A stretch of 64,000 nucleotides of DNA from Poseidonia sp. (GCA_965661285.1 CBFIDD010000001.1:404852-468851), one strand, 5' to 3'; positions 30,209 through 40,428 are shown, counted from the first letter of the stretch. Notes: a model not told the origin generated them from the sequence alone. Program-made: numbers and translations.

Positions 30209-32701
30209 ATGAGCGAAAGCCATGATGTGGAGGCACATGATGGGGGCCACGCCGGTCACGATACGACCGAGCGGGTGACCCTCGCTTCACTTCGTTCCCA
30301 GTTCACCTCAGCAGATACCACATCGCTGGATGAGGCGATGGGAACACGAGCCCGGTTCAGGCAAGAGGAGCGATTGCGCGCCGACCTGCGGCGAGAGCGT
30401 CGACTTCGCCAACAGGCCATCACCGAACGTGTCAACGCCATGAAGGCCAACATCGCCAAGGACCTCGCAACCCAACACGAGTTGACGTTGGACGCCCTCG
30501 AAAACGAACTTCGCACGTCCATGGAGGCCGAATTGGAAACCATGGAACGGGATGCACTTGCCGCTGAAGAGGCTCGGGTCCGCCACGAATTGGACCTCCG
30601 ACTTGAGCGAGAGATTCAGGCCATGCACGAGCAGCACGGTGTCGAACAGCACAAGCGGCTGGAAGAGCGAAAGGCCGAGATGAAGGTCTCGATTGAACGA
30701 CAATTGCACGAGGAATACGAACGCCGGCTTGCGATTCAAAAGGAACGACTGAAACTCGATTACAATCAAACCTTGCAAGAGCGACTCCGCGAGGTTGAAG
30801 CCAATCTCGAACACGAGATGGAACAACGGTTCGTTGAGATGGAACAATTGGAGATCGGTCGCCTGGAAGAGGGCCATGAAGCCTTGTTGGCTGAGCGTGA
30901 AGACCAACTCCGCCGGGGCATTCGAACCCGACTCGAGCAACAGCTTCGTCAGCGACTCAAGCAACGTGAGGCACGCCTCAAAGTTGAATTTGAGCGACGC
31001 AGCCTTCGCCTTGAAGAAGACATTGCGCAACAGTTACAGGTTGACATTGAACAGCAACTTCGACGAGAGACCAACGAACTTGAGGACCGCATGCGTGAGG
31101 ATGTGGAATTGGCCATCGCCAAACGCCGTGATGAGTTGCGCGTCCAAATTGAGCAACAACTCAACGAACAACAAGCCGAACGCATGGCCGAGCGCAAGGC
31201 TCGCTTGAAGTCAAAGTACGACCTGACCTTCAGCAAAGCCATCGACGACATCTCAAGAAGCCTGCAAACCGAAATTGAAGCAGAACTCGAGCACCGTATG
31301 GAGAACGAATTTAGTTCGTACCGACACGCTCGTGAGGCCGAGATTCAAAACCGCCTTTCCCGCTATCGCTACGAGCGTGAGGCCGAACTCCGCGAGCAAT
31401 TGGAAGCGCAATACGCCGCCAATAAGCAGGATTGGGCCGAACGACTTGACCTTGAATTCCAATCCCGTGAGGCCGCCGCACGAAAGGCGATCATGTCAGA
31501 GGTCGATGCTCATCTTCGCAACGAGCGGTTGACCCACGAAACCGACCTGGACCTCCTGAAGGAAGAGACGGCACTCGAGCTCGAAGTGGAAATGGAAGAA
31601 CGACTCCGAGATTTCAAGACTCGAAAGGAAGAGGAAGTCGCCACGCAACTTGAACGCCAACTGGACAAACGAGAAGAGATCATGCGCAACAAAGCGCTCA
31701 TCGATGTTCGCAAGCGTGAGGCACAAATCCGAGCCGAGATTGAAGCCCAGCTTGGCCTCAAGCGCGCCGAGATACGCGACCGTTTGAAGGGCCTCGCCGA
31801 AAAAATGGATTCGTTCAAGGAAATGGCCGAGGAGAAGATGCGGGAGGCCGTTTCGCAACAAATCCAGGGCGAAGTCGATGCCGACGAATCCGAACTTCGT
31901 GCACGGGAGCAAGAATTCAGTTCACTCCAGGCCACAGATACGCGAGCCGAAAAGCGTCAGAAGTGGATGCAATCCATTTCCGGCCAGGCACCCGCCGCCT
32001 TTGGCGCCGGCGCCATGGACCCCACGGCGCTGGGTGCACGTCCTGACGGCCTGGGTGCCGCCGCTGGCCGCCCGCTCCGCGGCTTGATGGGACAACAGGC
32101 ACAGGAAGAGCCTCGCCTCGGTCTGGGTAACATGCGAGCACCGATGACCAGCGCACGACCGTTGGCTGGACAAACACCCCCCGTTCGTACGGTTCGCCAG
32201 CCCATCGCCCAGCCTGAGCCCGTTCGTAACGTCAGAAAACCCATCGCAGCAGCAGAGCCTGCCTTTGTACCCCAAGAAGAGACCGCCATGGAAGACGTTG
32301 GCGAGACCATGATCGAGGAAACCACAGCAGCCGAAGAGCAATCGGTTGAGGAAACCGTTCTTCCGGAGGTCAAAGAAGACCTTTCGGTCGCCGAGGAACT
32401 GGCAGAGGAGACACTCGCTGAGGACATCGAAGAGAACCCGACGACCATGCAGCGTCCGACGGCCCTGCTCAAACCCATTCGTGGAACACTGCGACCGCTT
32501 GAACAGGAAGAGGAGGTGCAAACGGCACCGCTAACACCTGTCGGCCACATGCTGATTCCCGAGAAGAAGCGAGGACCACCGCCCTCGTCTTCCATCGGAC
32601 AACAAAAGGCCAGCCTTCGGCCCGTTCGTGGAACCTTGACGCCCGTGTCAAAACAACCCGTCAAGCGTCTTGAACCAAGTCATAAGAAAGACGAGGACTG
32701 A
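30209..32701 (+). CDS. Long E/R/L-rich coiled-coil protein with disordered C-terminal tail
   Basis: More than 500 aa of Pro-free charged helical sequence followed by a Pro-rich tail; start uncertain (30188-30209). Confidence 0.8.
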   Translation: MSESHDVEAHDGGHAGHDTTERVTLASLRSQFTSADTTSLDEAMGTRARFRQEERLRADLRRERRLRQQAITERVNAMKANIAKDLATQHELTLDALENELRTSMEAELETMERDALAAEEARVRHELDLRLEREIQAMHEQHGVEQHKRLEERKAEMKVSIERQLHEEYERRLAIQKERLKLDYNQTLQERLREVEANLEHEMEQRFVEMEQLEIGRLEEGHEALLAEREDQLRRGIRTRLEQQLRQRLKQREARLKVEFERRSLRLEEDIAQQLQVDIEQQLRRETNELEDRMREDVELAIAKRRDELRVQIEQQLNEQQAERMAERKARLKSKYDLTFSKAIDDISRSLQTEIEAELEHRMENEFSSYRHAREAEIQNRLSRYRYEREAELREQLEAQYAANKQDWAERLDLEFQSREAAARKAIMSEVDAHLRNERLTHETDLDLLKEETALELEVEMEERLRDFKTRKEEEVATQLERQLDKREEIMRNKALIDVRKREAQIRAEIEAQLGLKRAEIRDRLKGLAEKMDSFKEMAEEKMREAVSQQIQGEVDADESELRAREQEFSSLQATDTRAEKRQKWMQSISGQAPAAFGAGAMDPTALGARPDGLGAAAGRPLRGLMGQQAQEEPRLGLGNMRAPMTSARPLAGQTPPVRTVRQPIAQPEPVRNVRKPIAAAEPAFVPQEETAMEDVGETMIEETTAAEEQSVEETVLPEVKEDLSVAEELAEETLAEDIEENPTTMQRPTALLKPIRGTLRPLEQEEEVQTAPLTPVGHMLIPEKKRGPPPSSSIGQQKASLRPVRGTLTPVSKQPVKRLEPSHKKDED

Positions 32702-32761
32702 TCTTCACCGTTTGCACGGCGAAGCGCGCTGTTCATATCTGTCGGACCCCTCGGTACCGGC

Positions 32762-35209
32762 ATGAAGCGATGGTTGGCGTTTCTCGTGGTTTTCCTGCTT
32801 GGGGCGCAAGCGGGCATGGTCGGTACGGTTTCCGGCGACCTCTCCTTGTTGACCAACAGTGGTGAAACCGACAGTCTTGACCGCCCCATCGTCCTGTGGG
32901 AAACCCTGGACGACGGACGAATCCTTACCGTGGACAACCATGGCAACGTGAGCGTAAACGCATTCAACAACGGTGTGCTCTCAACCCAGTGGACCGTATT
33001 CCTCGAGGTCGATGCGAACAACGCACGGCTGGACGATGCACAAGAGCTCGTGGCTATTGCACACGACAGCGGCGCTTACGTCGTGCAGATGAGCACGCAG
33101 ACCGTGTATTGGAACATCACAACACCCGACCCCATCGACGAAGCGGTGCTGGACAAAGAGGGCGACATTTGGTTGGTGTACTACGCCGGTAAACGCAGGG
33201 CTGACCAGTACGACACCACCGGCTTTACCGGGATCAGCAGCTCAACGATTGCATCTGGCATTTCGGCGTTTGAAATTCTCCATGACGGCCGCGTCGCCAT
33301 CGCCTCCTACAACAAAAAGATCTACGTACACGGTAGCGATGGAACGGTCACCAACACCCTCAGTGAGCCAAACGGCATCGTCTCCTCGCTGGTTGAAGTT
33401 GACAACACCACCCTCCTCGCTGGAACGACAGGTGGTACGCTCTATCACTACGATACCGACACATGGGCATCGGCCAGTCTCGGTCTCGGGCACACCAAGC
33501 AAACGACCTCAATCGAGGCGTACAGCGAGATGTACATGGTTGGGGCCAAACAAGGCAAAACGACCTTTGTTGACCAGTCCAATTTCACCGTGATTCAAAC
33601 GTTCACGGCGTCAGGCGACATCATTGCGACCGAGCCCGAGTTCACCGGCCAGTTCTTCGCCATCGGCGTGTTGCCCACCCAAACCAAGGTCGTGTATTTC
33701 GACCTCGACAGCGACCAAGACGGCGTGAACGACCTCAAGGACGCGTTTCCAAACGATGCAACCCAAACCACCGACACCGACGAAGACGGCTACGGCGACG
33801 ACCCCAACGGCAATCAAGCCGATGCGTTTCCAAACGATGCCACCCAGTGGGCGGACAGAGACGGGGATGGCTACGGCGACAACGTTGCTGGTGAGAACCC
33901 CGACCTCTTCCCCAACAACGCCGACCAGTGGGCCGATGCTGACGGGGATGGCTACGGCGACAACAGAAACGGACTCGACGGGGACGTGTTCCCCGAGGAA
34001 TCCACGCAGTGGGCCGATGCCGACCGGGACGGCTACGGGGATAACCCGGACGGATTCAAACCCGACAGTTGTCCCGGCGTGAACGCGTTCTCAACCCTCG
34101 ACCGTTATGGCTGCCCGGACAGCGACCTTGACGGCTACTCAAACCCCGACGAGAATTGGACTGCAGAAGACGGCGCCGATGCGTTGCCCAACAATCCAAC
34201 CCAGTGGCTGGACGGCGACGGTGACGGCTACGGAGATGCCTCCGAAGGGGAACGTCCAGACGCTTGCCCCTGGGAATTTGGAACCTCCACCAAAGCGGTC
34301 AGCGTGGACCCGAACAGCACCCAAGGCTACACCAGCATTCCGTCCTTTGGATGCCTTGACGAAGACGGCGATGGCTATGTTGACCGAACCGAATCTCCGC
34401 TCATGGACAGTGACCCCGACGAACACTTTGACGGGGACGGTGATGGTGTTGGTTCAAACGCAGATTACGATGATACCCGGGGCTTCATCCAAACCGAGCA
34501 AGACCACTGTTTGAACGATAAAAACGACACTTCGGAGGCCTGTATGGGATGGAACGACCCTGCGTATCAGGCCTACGTTAACAGCGTTGAAGAAGGGACG
34601 TTTGTCTTGGGCTATAACGCCTGGAACACCACTAAAGACGACCAAGAAAACGGAGGCACCACATTGGGTTCGGTTGATGACGATACCTTGAATCAAGTCG
34701 TTATGGTCGGTCTTGTGGCCTTTGTGGGCTTGACTGCGCTCATTCTCGGGGCTGCCTACATCATCAATCGTCGCAAGGAAGCGGCGACCACCAAGGAGTA
34801 CGGAGGCGTGCGCCCCGGTATGTCAGGCGATGCTGCGAAGGAAGCCTTGGAAGGCCGAGGAGGTCTCTCGGCTGCTGGTGGCATCATTTCGGATGCCTCG
34901 TGGGACGATGATGTGGCCCAACTTGACTTCGAGCAACCATCGGATGGCTTCGACGATATGGCGTTGAAATCCGAAGACGGGGTGAGCGATGCCGGGTCGA
35001 TCACCTACGATGAGGAGAGCATCGAGTCCATTGCCGGCGTGGGGATGGAATCGGCGCCTGCTGAGGCCGATCCGGAGCCAAGCCCTGAGACGCCCGAGCG
35101 ACCAGCCGAAGCCCCACCCCTGCCAGAAGGTGGCCTTCCCGACGGATGGACCATGGACCAATGGCAATGGTACGGCCATGAGTGGCTCGCAAAATACGGG
35201 AAGAATTAG
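32762..35209 (+). CDS. Secreted/membrane protein: beta-propeller-like region + thrombospondin type-3-like Ca-binding repeats + TM + conserved C-terminal tail
   Basis: Signal peptide; repeated DxDGDGYGD...DAFP; TM near aa 650; C-terminal PPLPEGGLPDGWTMDQWQWYG. Confidence 0.88.
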   Translation: MKRWLAFLVVFLLGAQAGMVGTVSGDLSLLTNSGETDSLDRPIVLWETLDDGRILTVDNHGNVSVNAFNNGVLSTQWTVFLEVDANNARLDDAQELVAIAHDSGAYVVQMSTQTVYWNITTPDPIDEAVLDKEGDIWLVYYAGKRRADQYDTTGFTGISSSTIASGISAFEILHDGRVAIASYNKKIYVHGSDGTVTNTLSEPNGIVSSLVEVDNTTLLAGTTGGTLYHYDTDTWASASLGLGHTKQTTSIEAYSEMYMVGAKQGKTTFVDQSNFTVIQTFTASGDIIATEPEFTGQFFAIGVLPTQTKVVYFDLDSDQDGVNDLKDAFPNDATQTTDTDEDGYGDDPNGNQADAFPNDATQWADRDGDGYGDNVAGENPDLFPNNADQWADADGDGYGDNRNGLDGDVFPEESTQWADADRDGYGDNPDGFKPDSCPGVNAFSTLDRYGCPDSDLDGYSNPDENWTAEDGADALPNNPTQWLDGDGDGYGDASEGERPDACPWEFGTSTKAVSVDPNSTQGYTSIPSFGCLDEDGDGYVDRTESPLMDSDPDEHFDGDGDGVGSNADYDDTRGFIQTEQDHCLNDKNDTSEACMGWNDPAYQAYVNSVEEGTFVLGYNAWNTTKDDQENGGTTLGSVDDDTLNQVVMVGLVAFVGLTALILGAAYIINRRKEAATTKEYGGVRPGMSGDAAKEALEGRGGLSAAGGIISDASWDDDVAQLDFEQPSDGFDDMALKSEDGVSDAGSITYDEESIESIAGVGMESAPAEADPEPSPETPERPAEAPPLPEGGLPDGWTMDQWQWYGHEWLAKYGKN

Positions 35210-35469
35210 ACCCAGACGATGGGCAAACTTGCCTTGAGAGCACCGAGTTCAAGACCCGTGTACAAGGGCTTTCCATCAACCTTACAGGTGCTCATAACCA
35301 ACCACAAAAAGCCGTTCCACGCCGTGGCATCGGCAAACAATTCCACCTTTCCGTGGATGGCGGCCATCAGCAACTGCGCCTGCTCCGTTTCATCGCTGCA
35401 CAGACCCTTGACCAAGTCCTTGGCCTCGAAACGATAACCCGGAGGACGCCACGACATCATGGTCATCAA
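35206..35469 (-). CDS. Small hypothetical protein resembling a degenerate PIN-domain N-terminal half
   Basis: 87 aa; overlaps the upstream gene stop; pattern similar to PIN beta1-helix-helix-beta2. Confidence 0.6.
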   Translation of the reverse strand: MMTMMSWRPPGYRFEAKDLVKGLCSDETEQAQLLMAAIHGKVELFADATAWNGFLWLVMSTCKVDGKPLYTGLELGALKASLPIVWV

Positions 35470-35708
35470 ACCTGGAACGGTGCGAGGTTGAGGCGTTCGG
35501 CGAGATGGTCGACATCGACGTCGACGGCTTGCTTCATTCGCTCTCGTAGCATGTCGATCTCACCTCGCATCTTCAACATCTTGTGGGTACGAATCATCTC
35601 GGCGAGCAACTCATTGACGCTCCTGTGGCCGCCGGTCGTGCGCAGCGTGTTCAGCTGGCGTCGAATCTCATAACTCACGCTCACGGAGGTCATGCCTTCT
35701 GCTGTCAT
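35466..35708 (-). CDS. Small ribbon-helix-helix-like DNA-binding protein
   Basis: TSVSVSYEIRRQLNTLRTTGGHRSVNELLAEMI fits the RHH strand-helix-helix pattern. Confidence 0.7.
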   Translation of the reverse strand: MTAEGMTSVSVSYEIRRQLNTLRTTGGHRSVNELLAEMIRTHKMLKMRGEIDMLRERMKQAVDVDVDHLAERLNLAPFQV

Positions 35709-35818
35709 GGGAATACCTGCTCAAGGTTCGGTTTGGGCCCATACTTAACCCATGCGAAGGGTTTCACGGTTGAAGAGCCCGTTTGACGAGCAAAAAGAAC
35801 CCTCCGAAGCGATTCGTC

Positions 35819-36778
35819 CTAGCGGATGTTTCGCTCTCGTCGTAGCCTCGATTCCTCAACCACGCCGAATTCTCGTCGGACTTCCTGCACCCGCTGGTGC
35901 ACTTCCTTGGCCAGCGTCCAGTACTCCAGACTGCCAGCACCCGCTCCCGAATTTGTGGGTTTGTTGAGAATCACCGTCGGTGCACCGCTCCACGGTGCTT
36001 CAGCCACCTTCGCCAAGCGGCGCACGGTGGTGTTGAACAGTTTGTTCGGCATCTTCTTGTTCACCTGATCACAAACATAGGTGCTGAGTTTGGAACGCCC
36101 GTCGACCATGGTCATGACGATGCCAAAAATCTTCAGATTCCGGTTGATGCGTCGCTGAATCATTTTGATGGAATTCATCAGCATGCTGAAGCCTTCGAGG
36201 GCGTAATACTCCGCTTGAACCGGCACCATCACCCAGTTGGCGGCGCACATGGCGTTGATGGACAGCAGGCCCAGTGAGGGCGGCGTATCGATGATGATGT
36301 AGTCAAACTCGTCCATGATGGGAAGAAGCGCTTCTTGCAAGCGGGTCTCACGGCCAATTTTGTGACTCAACTCAATTTCCGCACCGGAGAGGTGAATATC
36401 GCTGGGGAGGATCCACAGATGACCGGCGTCAATGGTATCGGGGACTTTTTTCCCACCGTTTCGATTGCTCCATGCTTCACGCATCGCCTTGGTAATTTCA
36501 CTTGGAGGAATGAGGTACTCCTCTATCAGGGGCAATTCTTCCCCACCGTCGTTGGTCAGAAGGTCGTACACCGTTTTCTTGATTTTCTTCTTCTCTAAGC
36601 CAAACGACGTCGCACAGTTCCCCTGCGGGTCCAAGTCGACGAGCAACACCTTAGCCGGCGGCAACCCTTGTCGACGCGAGCCTTTGGCCAGTGCAGCAGC
36701 GACGTTGACAGCCGTGGTGGTCTTCGCACACCCACCTTTTTGGTTCGCGACGGCGATGACCATTTTGTAAGGATTCAC
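35819..36778 (-). CDS. parA: ParA/Soj family ATPase
   Basis: Deviant Walker A NQKGGCAKTT, VDLDPQGN, IIDTPPSLG, PVQAEYYALEG; GGAGGTGA SD before GTG. Confidence 0.93.
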   Translation of the reverse strand: MNPYKMVIAVANQKGGCAKTTTAVNVAAALAKGSRRQGLPPAKVLLVDLDPQGNCATSFGLEKKKIKKTVYDLLTNDGGEELPLIEEYLIPPSEITKAMREAWSNRNGGKKVPDTIDAGHLWILPSDIHLSGAEIELSHKIGRETRLQEALLPIMDEFDYIIIDTPPSLGLLSINAMCAANWVMVPVQAEYYALEGFSMLMNSIKMIQRRINRNLKIFGIVMTMVDGRSKLSTYVCDQVNKKMPNKLFNTTVRRLAKVAEAPWSGAPTVILNKPTNSGAGAGSLEYWTLAKEVHQRVQEVRREFGVVEESRLRRERNIR

Positions 36779-36847
36779 GGTGTTTCACCTCCGGCAGTTT
36801 CAGCAGGAAGGAACTCCCCTTTGAATGCGAGCCTCAAACGCCCGGTT

Positions 36848-37849
36848 TCAAGCGGGTTGAATCACAGGCACGGGCACTTCGGAGAGAATCTTCCGAACGA
36901 TGTGCATACCGGTGATGCCACGGATTTTGGCTTCAGGCTTCATGTTGATACGGTGGGAGATGATCTGCAAGGCAATGCCCTTGATGTCATCGGGAATCAC
37001 ATAGTTCCGCCCTGCGATGGCTGCTGCGGCACGCCCGGTCTTGAACAAGGCCTGACTTGCACGTGGTGAAGCTCCGTTGATAACGCGATGATCTTCGCGG
37101 GTGCGCTGAACGATTTCGATGATGTAGGAGAGAATGGCGGGGTCGACGTGCACCGTTTCAAGCGCTTTCTGCATGGCGACGACCTTCTTGGGCGAGGTGA
37201 CCTGTTCGACCACGTGTTCGTCCTGCCCTCGCAATTTTCGTCGGGCAAGGATGGCCTTCTCCTCAGCACGGTCGGGATAGCCCATGCTCATCTTCATCAG
37301 GAAACGGTCCATTTGAGCCTCAGGAAGCGGGTAGGTTCCTTCCTGTTCAATCGGGTTTTGCGTGGCGATAACGACGAAGGGAGCGGGCAGTTTGTGCGTG
37401 ATACCTTCAATGGTCACCTGCTTTTCTTCCATCGCTTCAAGCAGGGCAGCCTGGGTCTTTGGAGGAGCACGGTTGATCTCGTCAGCAAGGAGAATGTTGG
37501 AAAACAAAGGACCAGCACGGAGTTTGAACTCACCGGCTTTCTGGTCGTACATGTACGTCCCCATGATGTCCGAAGGCAGCAGGTCAGGCGTGAATTGGAC
37601 TCGCTTAAATTTGCACCCGAGTGCTCGGGCGAAGGTGTTGGCGAGCAAGGTCTTGGCCAAACCGGGGAAGTCTTCGAGAAGCATGTTACCGTTGGAGAGA
37701 ATACCAACCGTAACTCGGCGCAGGTTCTCGTTCTTTCCAATGATGACCTTGCTGACCTCGTTCATGAGGCTGTTGGAAATCGCCGAGACGGTAGCAATCA
37801 AATCCTGGGTGCGTGCGCCACCGGCGCTTCCTTGCATGCTTGCTTCCAT
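36848..37849 (-). CDS. moxR: MoxR family AAA+ ATPase
   Basis: PGLAKT, RVQFTPDLLPSD, LADEINRAPPKTQ, ATQNPIEQEGTYPLPEAQMDRF. Confidence 0.95.
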   Translation of the reverse strand: MEASMQGSAGGARTQDLIATVSAISNSLMNEVSKVIIGKNENLRRVTVGILSNGNMLLEDFPGLAKTLLANTFARALGCKFKRVQFTPDLLPSDIMGTYMYDQKAGEFKLRAGPLFSNILLADEINRAPPKTQAALLEAMEEKQVTIEGITHKLPAPFVVIATQNPIEQEGTYPLPEAQMDRFLMKMSMGYPDRAEEKAILARRKLRGQDEHVVEQVTSPKKVVAMQKALETVHVDPAILSYIIEIVQRTREDHRVINGASPRASQALFKTGRAAAAIAGRNYVIPDDIKGIALQIISHRINMKPEAKIRGITGMHIVRKILSEVPVPVIQPA

Positions 37850-37947
37850 CTCAAACCCTCGTTTGTAAAATCATGTCCGCTCATATCTTATATGAATGTG
37901 TGCGCTTTCCGCGACAAAAATGCTCATGCAGACTTCATGACAGTGGA

Positions 37948-39894
37948 TTAGCGTCCCCAGAAATGGTTGTCCTTTCGGTGAAGTGCGACGATTTCATCCA
38001 GAATTTCTTCTTCGAGGGCAGACAACTCCACCTTCTTGAGGCGCTTGACGTGACGTTCGGGGACATCGACGTAGAATTCGTCCAATTCGTCGATGTGTCG
38101 GCCGACGGTTGGGCCCTGAATGGCCACTGCAATTTCATCGCCCTGCATGGCTTCTTTGACGTCCTCGCTTGCTCGTGTGCGCAGGCTCTTGACCTGTCCC
38201 ACGGGCGTACCGTCCAGTTTCATGAGGCGCTGCCCGATGTGGATTCGCCCGCCGAGGACGCGCATACCGACGATGGCGGGGCCTTTGGCACGGAACGTAT
38301 GGTCCTTCAGGTAGCGCACCTTTCCGGGATACACAAGGGCTTCCCGCTGTTCCTCCTCAATCGCCGCTTTCGTTTCTTCCTGCCAGTCTTCGAACGCGTC
38401 CATGATGTGGTAAATGATGGGTCCAGAGATGAACTTGACCTCAGCGTCATCGTCGGCGAGTTGTTGAGCAACATCGCTGGTGTTCGCTTTGGTGGAAAAA
38501 CCGAGAATGACCTTTTGCAGCGGATCGGCAGCGGACTTGGCCATCAGGATGTCTTTCTTGTTGACGGGGCCCACCGTGGCTTGGCGCACCGGAATGTTGC
38601 GTTGATGCAATTCGAACGCTAAGGCTTCCAGACCACCGACGGTATCGGCCTTGATGACCACCCCGGTTCGGTCCTCTTCGGCTCCCCGACAGTCCCCTTT
38701 GGTGGTGTGTGCTTGGAAGGCCTGTCGCGCAAAGATTTCCTTGCACGAGGAACACATGACGGGCATGCTGTTGAAAATGGCACGCCACTCCTCACGAATG
38801 GCTTCCTCAGCCGTCTCGATTTCTTCGGCCGTGTTGGCAAGATGCAAGGTGGTTCCGGCGATGGCGGCTTCGAGTTTCGGAGCGACGATTTTGACCCCGC
38901 AAGCAGCTTCGACGGCGTCGAAATTGACCCAGCGTTTTCCGGCGTCTCGCATTTCAGCCATGCCTTGTGGGCGCTTGAGCCCCTTGATGTGGGTGGTGAA
39001 GGGCCCGTCTTGGCCGGCGAGCATGATGCTGTCGCCGACCTTGAGTTCACCCCGGTAGAGAATGACGTCAACGGTTTTCCCCATCCCGACTTCGTCCCTC
39101 ATCTCCAAAACGGTCCCTTGAGCGGACCCTAACGTGTCCGTGAGGCGGTCCTCGAGGAAACGTTCCGCCAAACCGACGGTGACGGCGAGCAGGTCTTGGA
39201 GCCCTTCGCCCTCTTTGGCCGACATGGGAACGAGCGCAACGTTTTGTCGGAAATCTCGAATTTGGTCGTAACGCTCAAGATTAAACCCGTGCTCAGAGAA
39301 TTGGCCGACAATTTTCCAATAACGCTCTTCAAAGTAGGCCCGAACATCCTCGCGCTGATTCTGGAAGGATTCGATAAACGACCGACCTCGCTCACTACGC
39401 CAACCGTGAAGGCGGTCAACCTTGTTGCCTGCAATCACAAACGGCGTGCGGGTTTCCTTGAGAATGTTGAGCGATTCAATGGTCTGGGGCTGCAAGCCTT
39501 CCATGATGTCGACGACCAGGACCGCGATGTCAGCCACCGAACCGCCTCGATTTCGGAGTGAAGCAAAGGAATGGTGCCCTGGCGTATCGATAAACAACAA
39601 TCCGGGAGATTTGAAATTCTTCCCGCCCAGCATGGCGGCGCAGGTTTCGTTGAGGACATCAGCGGGTACTTCCGTTGCGCCGATGTGCTGGGTGATGCCA
39701 CCCGCCTCGCGGTCCATGACGCTCGCTTGTCGCTGGCTGCCGATGGAGCGAACCATGTCCAGGACGCTGGTTTTGCCGTGGTCGACATGGCCGAGCACCG
39801 AGACGATGGGTTGTCGGTTGTGGCCTCGTGGAGGTGCCTCGCCCTCATCGGCGGGTGTGACCTCTTCGGTAGTCATGATATCACCACTTGACAT
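37948..39894 (-). CDS. infB: Translation initiation factor aIF5B (IF-2)
   Basis: GHVDHGKT, GGITQHIGA, DTPGH, NKVD; archaeal-type C-terminal domain. Confidence 0.96.
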   Translation of the reverse strand: MSSGDIMTTEEVTPADEGEAPPRGHNRQPIVSVLGHVDHGKTSVLDMVRSIGSQRQASVMDREAGGITQHIGATEVPADVLNETCAAMLGGKNFKSPGLLFIDTPGHHSFASLRNRGGSVADIAVLVVDIMEGLQPQTIESLNILKETRTPFVIAGNKVDRLHGWRSERGRSFIESFQNQREDVRAYFEERYWKIVGQFSEHGFNLERYDQIRDFRQNVALVPMSAKEGEGLQDLLAVTVGLAERFLEDRLTDTLGSAQGTVLEMRDEVGMGKTVDVILYRGELKVGDSIMLAGQDGPFTTHIKGLKRPQGMAEMRDAGKRWVNFDAVEAACGVKIVAPKLEAAIAGTTLHLANTAEEIETAEEAIREEWRAIFNSMPVMCSSCKEIFARQAFQAHTTKGDCRGAEEDRTGVVIKADTVGGLEALAFELHQRNIPVRQATVGPVNKKDILMAKSAADPLQKVILGFSTKANTSDVAQQLADDDAEVKFISGPIIYHIMDAFEDWQEETKAAIEEEQREALVYPGKVRYLKDHTFRAKGPAIVGMRVLGGRIHIGQRLMKLDGTPVGQVKSLRTRASEDVKEAMQGDEIAVAIQGPTVGRHIDELDEFYVDVPERHVKRLKKVELSALEEEILDEIVALHRKDNHFWGR

Positions 39895-39910
39895 GCGGTG
39901 TTATGAGGCT

Positions 39911-40369
39911 TCACTCGTAAACCCAGGTGCCCATGGTGTTCTCCCATGACATCAAGCCTTCGGGGAACCACAAGCCGATTTCAAATTCGGCGGTTTCAGG
40001 GGCGTCTGATCCGTGAATCATGTTGAAGCCCATATCCATGCCGAAATCGCCACGAATGGTGCCCGGGTCGGCGTTTCGACCATTGGTGGCGCCGATGAGT
40101 TTGCGGGCGACGGCGATGGCCTCAACGCCCTGCCATGCCATACAGACAACGGGACCGGAGGTGACGAACTTGATGAGGCCAGGGAAAAAGGAACGCTCCT
40201 TGTGCACGTCATAGTGCGAGCGGGCGATGTCCTCGGTCGGCACCATGGCTTTCAGACCGACGAGCTTGAGGCCCTTTCGTTCAAATCGTCCAATAATTTC
40301 GCTGATGAGACCGCGCTGTACGCCGTCGGGTTTGATCATAACATATGTTGTTTCCATGGTGTTCACCAT
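39911..40369 (-). CDS. ndk: Nucleoside diphosphate kinase
   Basis: [26 protein letters not shown]. Confidence 0.97.
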   Translation of the reverse strand: MVNTMETTYVMIKPDGVQRGLISEIIGRFERKGLKLVGLKAMVPTEDIARSHYDVHKERSFFPGLIKFVTSGPVVCMAWQGVEAIAVARKLIGATNGRNADPGTIRGDFGMDMGFNMIHGSDAPETAEFEIGLWFPEGLMSWENTMGTWVYE

Positions 40370-40428
40370 ACCGACCCAAAAGTGACCCGTTTATGGGCGT
40401 TGCTGTAGGGCTGTGCGGACGTCAGCCT

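Noticed and set aside
33700-34480. Repeated GACGGCTACGGCGAC-like units resembling an array
   Set aside because: Degenerate, in-frame TSP3-like peptide repeats, not CRISPR; no cas genes.
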